Origin: Guillardia theta CCMP2712
Lineage: Eukaryota; Protista; Cryptophyta
DNA length: 64,000 nt
NCBI RefSeq assembly: GCF_000315625.1
Contig: NW_005434606.1
Span: 123,154 to 187,153, forward strand
Direction of reading: 5' to 3'
The position numbers and the translations under genes were made by a program. This document shows positions 47,118 through 58,400 of the stretch, in pieces. A model generated the notes under the pieces. The model saw nothing but the letters and a program-made list of their open reading frames with translations. It ran no database searches and was not told where the DNA came from. Positions within the stretch are counted from its first letter, which is position 1, and the number at the start of each line of letters is the position of its first letter.

Positions 47118-48382
47118 GCTGATCTAAACCACGATGAACAGTGTTTCTCGCTTCACTAACTCTGTGCCTCTCCCAGCGGCGGCTGGGATCGCCTGGTTCC
47201 CTGCAAAAGGTCCTTCAAACCCAAGGAAAACTGTTTGGAAGCTCGTATATATATCCCAATTTGCTCGACATGGCTACTTTCGTGCAAAGACAAAGCTCAT
47301 CATGTTCAGCTGCAATTTCACCGCCAATTTCTCGATGCTGCGGTCTTCTTCAGCAAGACATCCTTTCATCGACTAGCTTCATGCTCAGTCTTGTCTCCTG
47401 CTCTATTTGCTCTGGATTGGGGAACATTGCAATATTCAGTTAAAAAAAGTATCACGGCTTCGGTGATTACTTACAACCTTGCAAATCAAACCATTCTTCT
47501 CTGAAGCACTATCCTCTCCATCGATCCCTTCTGTTCGTTCTCCTGCTCCTCCCTCGTCCTCCTCCTCCTCCTCGTCCTCCTCCTCCTCCTCCTCGTCCTC
47601 CTCGTCCTCCCTCCCTCCCTTGCTCCAGCTCCTCTTCCCCTTCCAGCGCTGGGAGACTTCCACATCCCGTCACCCGAATAACAGGACCTACCCCTCTATT
47701 TCCCAAGAACACCCAGAGCAAAGGTGGGGTAGTCAGGTGGGTCCTGTAGCAGTACAGTGCCGAGCATTGAAAAGAATAGAAAAGGGTGGGGTAGGCTGAC
47801 TATGGGTAGGGTGGTACTGGAAGCGGATTTTGATGTTTCTGGGGGAAAGGGTGGGGTAGTAGGAAAGGGAGGGGTGGGGTGATAGTAAGTTATGGTGGGG
47901 GTCCTTTGGATGAAGACAAAGGAAATGCGGTGAAGAGCGAAAAGAGGACAGGGGAAGGTGGAAAAGGAAGGAGAAGATGAGAAGATGAGAAGAGAAGAAA
48001 GTGTGAGATCAGGAAAGAGAAAGAGAAACGAATAGGAGAGTTGGATAGACGACCAACAGACGACAAGTTGAAGTGGAGGTGGGGAAGGTAGAAGAGCGAA
48101 AGAGCGGAGAAGATGAATGAATTATGTTGAATGCAATGAAGGTGTGAGTGCGACACGAGGATCTTTGAGAGGAGGAGACAAGCCGATGGGAATCAGGACG
48201 ACGTCCATTCAAAAGAAGATGGAAAGCGCTGATGCATTAGGGACGATTAGACGTGGGTCGACAGGGTTTGCTGTTGAATCATGTAAGATTAGAGCCGTTG
48301 CATGATCAACCGCGATGGAGAAAGTGAAGCTCGGGTGACGGCATCTCGATCTCTCCTCTTCCTGCTGGTACTCTGGGCGTCG

Positions 48383-50089
48383 ATGGCGTCGACGATTGAG
48401 TTCGAAGTGGTGTCGGAGGAAGAGCTCCTGCTCATTGATGCAGCTCTACAGAACGCAACTGCCATCATATCTTCGTCTCCCCTGCACTCCGGTAACGCGG
48501 CGAGTTCTTCTCGCTGCCCAGACATTGAAGACTTGGGTTTGGCACAAGGGCAAGAGACTTCCAGCCTGGCAGATCATGCCGGGGAGGAGGAGATGTCGCC
48601 GTGGGATCTCATACGTTCATGGGGGAGATGCTCAGTATATGCGACACAAGTTTGCAGCCAAGAGTGGTGTGAGAAGCAGCTTGACTTCACGCTGAGGCTG
48701 AGGAGGGGAGAGGAGGAGGAGACGGCCGGTATGATGGCAGGGCGGGAGCATCACCTTGAAGCCGAGCTCGAGGTGCACGACATAGTGGACGTGGAAGTTG
48801 CGACGAGAGAGGACGTGCTGGGGCTGAAGATCCTGAACCTGAGGACGTCAGCATATCAGCTGTGTGAGGGAGCCGCATGCGCAAGGGAGATCCCAGTGTT
48901 CGGCATGCTCGGCAGCCTGTGGGTCACTGGCATCATCGACGAGCTCAAGTTGTCAAAGGACGGCAAGTTGACACTATCCGAGCTCAAGACGAGAGCCCGT
49001 CCTTCCCTGCCGTCCGAGGCCCAGAAGCGCTGCACCCACCTGCAGCTGATGATGTACAAGCACCTATGGGATCGGCTGGTCACCGGGGGGATTGATGCTA
49101 CTCGGGTCGCAGAGTTCCACCGGGTCGACCTCGATGCGAAATTCTCTGACAGCTTCCAGAGAGCCGTCAGGGAGAGCAGATCGCGATCGTGCACCCTAAG
49201 AGAGCTCATTGCCGACACCTCTGATCTCCTTGCCTTCTGCCCCAACGCTGACTCAAACTTCCTCGTCACATACCGGCATCTTGGCCCTCCCGTGGTGGAG
49301 CTTGGACAAGTGCAGTTGAAGTTCGATCAGAAGCTCTTCCTCTCTGTCGTGTCAGAAAAAGAAAAGTACTGGCTCGGACAAAGAGCTGCAGAGCCTGTCC
49401 GCAGCAGTGAGAGCTGGAAGTGTAAGTTCTGCCCTTTCTCGCAAATCTGTCCCTCCTCCCCGCATTACGACCCACTTCCGAAGCAGCCAGAGCGGATGGA
49501 ACTGTACGAGGTTGAGGCTGAGAGATTTTCCATCCGAGGGCTCCAAGAGGGGAGGTTTGACGAGGAGAAGATCAAAGAGATCCTTGCACAGTGGAGTGGG
49601 GATGGGAAGATCCTCCTCCCAGTCAGTCTGACCCGGCAGCAGCGGAGGAGGATGCATGAGATCTGCGATGAGATGGGGCTCGGGCACGAGACAGCCGAGA
49701 CCTCCCAGGGCAGGCAGCTTGCCATCACCAGACCGAGCTGGGGAGCAGCTGGCTCGGATCCGCCCACGGGTTCGAAGAGATGCTCCAAAGGGACGAGCGC
49801 TGTCGCTGCTCCTCAAGACGTGGAAGACAAGGAGCAGCGAGGAACCCCCGAGAAGCTACGAAGGGTGTTCGTGCACGAGGACCCAGAGGCCGAGCCGTTG
49901 GACGAGGACACGGCTGCGCAAGAGAGAATGATGTTGGATGAGATCCAAGCCATGAGCGTGCAGGAGAACGGGCAGGCAGCTCAGAGATCGACTGTGCCGT
50001 TCTTGAGGGCCCAACAAGGCAACAAGAAAGCGTCCTCTTCTGCTCGCGGTCGATCCTCATTCCAACACCCTCCCTCTTCATCCTTCTGA
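48383..50089 (+). CDS. EXO5: Exonuclease V (Exo5/DEM1; Fe-S PD-(D/E)xK nuclease) with a C-terminal R3H domain
   Basis: EWCEKQ, AGREHHLEAELEVH, REIPVFG, GIIDEL, ELKTR, LQLMMYK, WKCKFCPFSQIC; then LTRQQRRRMHEICDEMGLGHET (RxxxH). Confidence 0.88.
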   Translation: MASTIEFEVVSEEELLLIDAALQNATAIISSSPLHSGNAASSSRCPDIEDLGLAQGQETSSLADHAGEEEMSPWDLIRSWGRCSVYATQVCSQEWCEKQLDFTLRLRRGEEEETAGMMAGREHHLEAELEVHDIVDVEVATREDVLGLKILNLRTSAYQLCEGAACAREIPVFGMLGSLWVTGIIDELKLSKDGKLTLSELKTRARPSLPSEAQKRCTHLQLMMYKHLWDRLVTGGIDATRVAEFHRVDLDAKFSDSFQRAVRESRSRSCTLRELIADTSDLLAFCPNADSNFLVTYRHLGPPVVELGQVQLKFDQKLFLSVVSEKEKYWLGQRAAEPVRSSESWKCKFCPFSQICPSSPHYDPLPKQPERMELYEVEAERFSIRGLQEGRFDEEKIKEILAQWSGDGKILLPVSLTRQQRRRMHEICDEMGLGHETAETSQGRQLAITRPSWGAAGSDPPTGSKRCSKGTSAVAAPQDVEDKEQRGTPEKLRRVFVHEDPEAEPLDEDTAAQERMMLDEIQAMSVQENGQAAQRSTVPFLRAQQGNKKASSSARGRSSFQHPPSSSF

Positions 50090-50309
50090 GACTTCACTGG
50101 CCCCGGGGCTCCGGGACTTTAGAGATGACAGACCCTTGTATTGCTATTTCCGGTGTTCGATGCGAACAAATGTGTGTAAGCATATCTTGTGCGAGCTTTT
50201 AAACACGTTGAGGTTTTCTAGTTGATCCACGTGTAAGGTTTCCCTCCCTCCCTTGGGTTTCCGCATCTGTTCGACAAGTCAGCACTCACTCGCTCTCTCC
50301 CACGTCATC

Positions 50310-51544
50310 TCACGCTGTCGCAGGAGCATCTTGCTGTCCGCATGCACCGCACGCCATCCCTGGCCAGAACACCACCGGCCATGTCGGAAGGTCGAGACCG
50401 CACGCGCCGCACCCTTGACCAGCTCGACACTCGGTGTCCTTGTAGAAGTAGTTGCTCGGAGCTTGATTGAATGTCAGAGTGTGAATGGAGCGAGGAGCGT
50501 CAGTAATACCTTGAGAGCAAGGAGCACACTTGTATGGCAAAGGTGCTGGCGGGCCGGGCCATATCGCGAAACCTTCTAGTTTGGTATCTGCAACTCCTCC
50601 TGTACAAACTTTGCAAGAGCCAGGAGAGAGGACCTGCAGTCATGGTCATGCTCTGCAGCCATCAAGCCGGAATGGAGCACCTGACATGTGAGTGAATGGT
50701 TGCAAGCATACTGAGCGACATAGACGTTGAGATCGCAGTTGGTGCATGTCATATCAGTGCATTGCATCCTGGCCCTTTGACGGATAGTGTCATGGTATTC
50801 AAAGAAAGCAGAGCTGGCAGGGCCCTCGGGCATGAGATTGTTCTGAGAGGGCAAGCACGTCCTCGCAGCCCACACATGCCAAACATCTGGTAGGGAGCTC
50901 GCGATTGCGCGAGCCCTTGTGAGCTCCCAAGCACTGATATCCGCCTTGACGGAACCCGTGTAGGAGGAGGAGGAGGTTAGCCTCCATCCCTTTGATATGA
51001 GGAAGGAGCCAGACACAGACCTCTGATCGGTGAAGGAGAAGTTGGGGAAGGAGGAGTGACAGAGGGTCATGTGGAAGAAGGCAGCGTTGCTGCTGCTGTT
51101 TGCGGGATATGGCAAGCAATCCATGGTGAATGTCTTGACGATCAAAGCGCAGGTAACCTGCTGACAGATACATCGATCGGGCAGCGATCCATCGGCACAG
51201 GACGGGTAACCATCGGGACATTTGCACTCGATCCCACTGGAGCATAGTCCTGGTTGTCGCCAGTCAGTCGGAGAAGTCGGCGTCCTCCACTCTCTGTTGT
51301 TCAGCACGAGGGCTTTCACAATTCCTCCGGCACAGGATGAATTCGTGTACCAGGTCTGCACTGCTATGCCCTCGATCATGCAAGTACTGCTGCATCCGTC
51401 ATGGCTGATTGTGTTTCCATCATCGCACTGCTCAGTTCCCTGTACAACTCCATCTCCACAGATCGCTGCATAGCTGAAGAGAAGATGTGTGCTCACAAGG
51501 CATAACAACAAGAAATCCTTGTTTGTGATCTTGTTTCCCCACAT
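50310..51544 (-). CDS. Secreted Cys-rich protein with a Myxococcus-type cysteine-rich (DUF4215-like) repeat
   Basis: Signal peptide, then CGDGVVQGTEQCDDGNTISHDGCSSTC. The Cys-rich ORF 50310-50540 is a likely last exon. Confidence 0.7.
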
Positions 51545-51988
51545 GTTCTGAGATGGTTTTGCCCTACACCTCTGATCGTCAGCGAGCTCTACCTGGCAAG
51601 TTGCTTTACGGCAAGATAGTGTCTCTGCAGCGACCTACACTTCAATCTGTGTGGTTTCACTTGTATTTGGCTGCGATCATCCTTGCAACACAGCTTCACC
51701 CGGGTTTCTCTTGGGGAGCAGATGGAATGCTAACTGCCGTGTCGTATCAGAATGCACATGGTAGTGAGACCGCTGGCTTCTCAGCGCATGCCATTGCTTC
51801 CTCGTACTGCCCGCGGCATCCACACGTCCATCAGCGTCATCGCCCGACCAGCTGCTCGCTTACGCTGGCATGTCCTCTTGCGCACTCAGGTGCATATCAC
51901 CCATTCCAACCGCCGGAACTCCCAAGTTCCGGACAGGCCCGCCCCCCCCCCCCCCCAACTTTGAGTAAAGGGTAGGTAGTCAGAAATA

Positions 51989-52110
51989 TAACTTAACTTT
52001 GAGTAAAAAGGTACTACAGCTGCTAGGCCTGGACCGTGACCGTCGGTGCCGGGCGGTCGGCGGCACTAAAAATTGGAGCCCCCCACTGAACTTTACTCAA
52101 AGTTAAGTTA
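51989..52110. repeat. 19-bp perfect inverted repeat around a GC-rich core (MITE-like or bidirectional promoter element)
   Basis: taacttaactttgagtaaa (51989-52007) and tttactcaaagttaagtta (52092-52110). Confidence 0.85.
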
Positions 52111-52461
52111 AAATTCAGTACGAGCTGCTAATAATATCTTGAGCCTCGGCCCATAGTCAATAAGTTCGAACCTAATACTGACTAAAAGAATACAGTACTA
52201 AAGATGCCAGTACAGAAGCTAACAGAGTGACTGAAAGTAGTATGAGAAAAAATAAACCAGTCTTTTTAATATATTTTATGTTCCCTGGGGTCACTGAGTA
52301 CATGCTTAAAGGCTGAGGGAGGAGGGTGGGGTAGGTTGACTTTACTCCCCAACTTCGTTCGATGGTGCTCGTCGGGCTCCCCGGAAACAGAATGGTGGGG
52401 AGGAGGATCGGCGCGATTCCTTGACGAGAGCCTCCTGCCAACATCTGAATCAGATCTCTGA

Positions 52462-55400
52462 ATGATGGTTGCAAGCTGCTCGCACTGCTTTCTCAGCATC
52501 GCGTGCCTTTTCTTCTTCCATGGCGCGCAAGGGACACGTGAGCACAAAGATTGCTTTGCATGTGGATGTTCGGAATGCTCACTCTGTTTCACCAGCACTT
52601 CAGTGGGAGCATGTCGATCCCGTAGGGAGGAGCCCTACAACTCGCTACAGCCATGCAACCGTGAGCTTCCGAAACCTCCAAGGAACCATCATCATCTATG
52701 GCGGGTGAGGGATCCTATCGCGCGCATTCTTTACCCCCATGATCGTTGAATGTGAACTTGTAGGGCCACTGGTAGCAGCAGCACTGGTGTGACTGTGATG
52801 GATGATGTGTGGATGTACGACTCGTCCTCCAAGTCTTGGGATGAGATCACCTTCGTTCCCAACCTCAAGTTCACTTCCATGGACTGCAAGACAAGTACCC
52901 TCAACACGCGCATGCCAGGGTCTCGAGCGGGCCATCGCATGGTGGTCACCCAGTCCTTGGCGCTCATGTGTGGAGGATACTCTGCTATGATTTCTTCCGT
53001 GGCCTCCTTTGCAGGAGGAAGCCTGCTCGATTGCTGGTGGCTGGCTATCAAGCCTGTGCCAAGTTGGACCCCCCTCCTAACCACTCCTGCGGGGCCAAAG
53101 CACAGGTGGGGGCACAGCATGGTGTATGACGTGGAGACAGGAGTGATTGCGATCTTTGGGGGGATGATCATCGAAACGAAGAGCATCAGCAAGGATTGCT
53201 GGTACATAGTGACCAGCACCGACTCGATCTCCACATCCACGAGGTACGAGTGGAAGTCGTGCAACCCTGCTACAGGCTCTGTATCACCGCTCCCCCGGTA
53301 CGGCCATGGGTCAGTGCTCTACTGGAGCACACAGACGTTGTACATACATGGAGGCTACGCCTTCGATGGGAGAGGGACAAGCGCTCAGAATGACTTGTGG
53401 GCCCTCCAGGACTTCACCAACACCACGACCAGCTCATGGAAGAAGGTCGCGCCCATTACAGACACCCCGACTGTCAGAGCATTTCATGCAATGTGGCTGG
53501 TTGGATACAAGGTCTACATCCATGGTGGTCAAGGACCAGGGGGAGCGGGATCCTCGTCGGTAAGTTCGAGCTAACAATGGGAGGAGGATATCTTGAACGC
53601 TTCAGCTGCTCGGCTGACTTGCATCCAGGCCTTATCAGATACCTGGGCGTATGACATTCTGACTTACTCATGGACACAATACAGTGCTTCTGATGCTGCT
53701 CCTGTAGCTTCACACATGTCCGTCGCTGCTGTTTCCGACACTCTAGCGTTGGCGTTCGGAGGTATCGACTCGGATGGGAGTGCTTCAGGTTACCTGGGAG
53801 CCTTCAAACCGCAGTCTGGATGGAGCAAAGGTAAGCTGAGTCCCACGAGTGATGGGAGCGTGTTGAGGGATGAGCATGTTTCTGACTTCCATGCAGCGCT
53901 TGCTTCAGGAAATCATCCGCAAGCGAGGAGCGGTCACTCGGCAGTATACGACAACGCCGCATATCAGATGGTCATTTCATTCGGCATCGGGGTCGGACCG
54001 ACGCTACTGGGGGACTTGTGGGCGTTTGATCTGGATCAGTTCAGCTGGACGTGCTTGCAAGGGAGCCAGCCGGGATGCAAAGCCCCGGCGAGCATCGGAG
54101 GGCCGGGAGTTCGAGCGCATGCAGCGTCAGTGCGGGTGGGAATGCAGGCGTATTACTTCGGAGGGGTCAGAGGAACCGCTCAGGCCTGCCCAGACCTTCA
54201 AGGCAAGCGAGAGATCTTCTCAACCATCAACGACATGTGGCAACTTGACTTGATCTCTTACAAGTGGACGGCCGTTCAAAGTGCAACGGCGCCTGACAAG
54301 CGAGCCTTTGCCAGCATGGCGTACGCTGGTCACGTAGGAAGCCTTGTGGACGCCGTGGTGATGGTCGGAGGAGCTCAGGTAGACTGCAGGACAGAAAACC
54401 CCCCATGCGCTGTGCCGCAACCGATGAAGGACATCTGGTTCATCGACGTCGCAATGCAGGTATGGCGGGATGGGATGTCGAAAAGTAGAAATGAGCTGCA
54501 TCACTGACATGAGCATGCGCATGAAGGAAACGGACCCGACAGATACTATGGCAGTCTTCGACGGCATAGACGATATCATCGCCGTCCAACTGCCGTCCTG
54601 GTAAGCGTCGTGAGTCAGCATCGGCATTGAGAGCCTGACGGGGGCGACTGACAGGACGTCGGATAAGATTGTTCTCTCGACCTTGTGGCTGGAGGCCTGG
54701 ACGCTGCTGACAACACGGGTGGTGACGAAAACGATCCTCTTCGACATCTACTATCAGCAAACGCCGGTACTTCGCTGGTACCTGGAGAGTGTAGGGAGCG
54801 AGGTGTTCTGCGTGCTAGTTCTCAAGCCTGGCTCGGTACTGCAGCCTTGGTTGATTTGCTCCCCCTGAGAGCCTTTGTGACTTGGCAGGCTCAGAAGATG
54901 GTGAAGAAATGGGGCCCGATCCAGCAGCAGATCATCGGCCAGTGGCATCACGTGTGCTTCACGCTGAGATTCGGAAGGGTCTACTCCCCCTCCGACTATT
55001 ACCCAGACGCTGTGATCGCGCAAGCGTTCATGTTCGTAGACGGGGATACAGTGCAAGAGTTCGGGGCTGACTTTTCCGGGATCAACATCAAGAACGACCT
55101 CAGGCTGACGACTGGAGTTACCAGCCTCTACGTAGGTGGGAGCAACCCGTCGATAGATGCGACTGGGTATCAGAACTTCAAGGGCAACATCGACAAGATC
55201 AGACTGTGGTGGCCCTCCTGCCCCCACCGAAGTGACCCAACCCGCTGTAATCCCTACGGCTTCCTCCACCCAAAGCTCAAAGACGGCAGCGCTTCGCCGA
55301 CAGCCAAGGACCCCACGACGGACGCGACCCTCCAGGTGAGCAATGACTCCATTGCCTTCAAGCCTCTGACGAGCTGCCTGCGCTTGTGCAGGAGAAGGAC

Positions 55401-58400
55401 GTTCGCATCTGGCACGTGGCTCAGCCGGTCTATTCTAACATGTTCTTGGGCTCAGTGCGGGCTGAAGACGCCAGAGACTTGCTGGTCAATCTCGAGCTCA
55501 ACGAGAAGGAGATTTCTAGCGGGTCCATCGGAAATTCCGGAACAGGGGGACCTTTGCAGTGCGAGTGCATGTCAGGCAACGGGACGGTGTGCGAAGACTA
55601 CGAGAGGCTGTCGGCTCTCAGTGCGACTTGCGATGGCTGCGAAGATGCAAGCTCGTGCTCTTTTGACCGATGCTCTCAGTTTGACATCGACTGCCTGGCG
55701 TCTGTTGACTGGACAGACATAAACCAACTGACTAATTATGCAACAAGTGGGACATGTCAGTGCCGCAATGCCGCTGACTGTCCGCTAGCGGTGGAGCAAT
55801 GCGCATGTCCGACGGGGTTGTCAAAGACATGTAGCAAATGTTCAGTCAGCATGCACGTCATGTACACTGGCGATGCGTACACTTGTACCCCTGGCTCTGA
55901 CTGCCTCGGTAATGCCCGGCCCGTAGCAGGGCCCTGGTGTCCAGAGGGTCTCTGTACCGAGTGGGAATGCTCCTGCTACAGCACCCAAGATCAAACCACA
56001 ATCTACGGCGGCCTCGTACAAGACGATAAGTACACTGGGGTGGCGACCTGTCCACAAAGCTGCGCCAACAGCAACGAGGTTGTGGTTACCAACACTGACC
56101 ACCAATGTGAGACAAAAGTCGCTTGCTGCACGGCATGGGAATGGAACAGCGACATGGGCGCGTACAAGTGTACAGGAAGCACAACTGACTGCAATATCGG
56201 GCAGTGCTGCATGCCCGGATCGGTCAGAAGTACAGAGGCGTCGGCGGGAGGAGCATCGAAAGATGCTCTCCTGAGGAGGCTGAAACCTCGCACACTGCCG
56301 TCAGATCAAGGAGCAGGGGAGGCACACACGGAGAACAGCAACTCTTCGTTGCACAGAACGAGCTCCAACGTCGCTCTTCGTGCCACCACCTCCTCCATCC
56401 CGAGCTCATTCATGTACTTGTCCGTCTCTGCGGCATCCAGGCAGCCTCCCCCTCCCATGTGCGATTACTCGAGTACGCCTGCTATGGACAGCTACTTCCA
56501 GGACCCCCTCGTGACCTACATACAGAGCAGTGATGATCCCACTACGAACCCGCCAGACCTGTTCTGGGACATTTTTGTTCAAGTCACTGACACGGCTGAT
56601 TACAACAATGTCAAGGAACAGGTTGACGCTGCGGTGCAGAGCTTCAACTTTGACTGGGGTCAATGTTACGATGTGACGTCCGTCCAAGACTCTCTTCCTC
56701 ATATTTGTGGGGATGGTCTCAAGGTCACGAGCTCCAACATACCAGCGACCTATGGCATGCGCACGAGCATCCTTGAGCAGTGCGACACAGGCAGTTCGAA
56801 TGGGATGGGAGGATGTGAATTAGAGTGCAAGTGCTCTCCCAACTTCAACCCTTCCACTACAAGCACAGGCTGCGTCTGCTCCAACCAATTTGTCTACAAT
56901 CTGAAAGGCACGGAAGCAAGTAAGGTAGTTGCAACTGCCAACACCATCCATCTGCGTATCAATGTGGAGCAGTACACTGTCAATCCACACATGGAAGCTC
57001 TTACGGCATCATCCGATAATCCTGTCGTCATCACCATCTCAGGACTTACTGGATCGCAGACTGGAAGCGGACGTCTCCCAGTGTCATGCACTGCTTCTCT
57101 TCCGAGCACGTGTTTTTGGGCAGCGACTGCAGACTTTGCAGGATGTCCTGCCATGGATTCTTGCAGTGCAATTGGAGTGCAGACTGATCTCTACACCCTT
57201 GAACCAGGGGTGGTCGATTGGGATCAGACAACAGGAACACTCAAGTTTTCTCTCACTAGCAGCATATACTACATCCCCGAGCTCGAGACTGCCGGCCCTT
57301 ATCTTGACTTGTCCATCTCCCTTGAGAACGGTCAGATGACTCAGCTGCCTCCGACCGTCACAGCGACTGCCTGCGCCAAGAACGGCGCTCCTCCCACCAT
57401 CGCCCTCTCGTCGACCGCAGGCTTCTTCACCTTCAGCCAGCGTCTCCTTGTGGAGGGTCAGGACACCACAGTCTCTTACAAGTCATCTACTGGATCCGAA
57501 ATTGTCGTGGGTCAAGTCAGTGTGTCATCCATCATGCCCGCGGGTAGCGCCGGATCAGCCACTGCGGCTGCGGCTGATGCGACGAGGTTCGGTGGCGTCA
57601 GCACGGATGCGATGAGCAGATTGCCGCAGAGCGGGACCTTAGCTGGGAACGAAGGCACTTGCCTCAAGACCAGCAGCGACTCGTCTGTGACCAGCCTAGA
57701 GGGAAGCGTGAGCATCAACATCGACGACACGCTGCGGAGAAAGGCAGGCGGATGCTTCGAGACCAGCGACAAGACTCTTGACATCTGCCTGAGGGGCAAG
57801 ACGGGCATGTACCTCTACGACTCCAAGTCTCGCTTTTGGACGCCTGACGCTGAGGTGAGCATGGCGTCGCTGGATGCTAGCGCTGTCTCGACGACCAAGC
57901 TGAGCCCCAACGCCTTGTACGCTGCCATCTCCACGCCCCAATGCTGCGTCCTCGACGGCACCGCCAAGCCTTGTGGAGAGCGCGTATGTCTAGGCAGCTC
58001 GCCGAGCAGCTCAAGCGTGACGGCGACGCTAGGAGGAGGCATCACCTCCCGCATGCCCTCCTTGTCTCTCACGACTCGCCCGTTGTACAAGTCCAAGGAG
58101 GCGTTGGATCAGTTCTTCGCCGCCGCCTCCAATCCCATGCCGACCCGCATGGGCTGGAAGCAGTACTGCCCGTCGGGATCCGCCTCGTGTTCGGGGCCTG
58201 TCACAACGTCCGGGTGGCTTCCAGCGAGGTTCGGACATGCCATGACGGTCACGAGCGGCAACACGGTGCTTGTGTTCGGAGGGCTAGGATGCGCAGCGAC
58301 GACTACGATCAACGGCAAGACGATCTGCTCCAACCTGACGGATCCCTTGAACGACTTGTGGGAGCTCGACCTCGAGAAGGCTCTGCTGGGGTTGAACGCG

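Noticed and set aside
48383-50089. Cas4/CRISPR system
   Set aside because: The Cas4-like Fe-S fold is explained by eukaryotic Exo5; no cas genes or array are present
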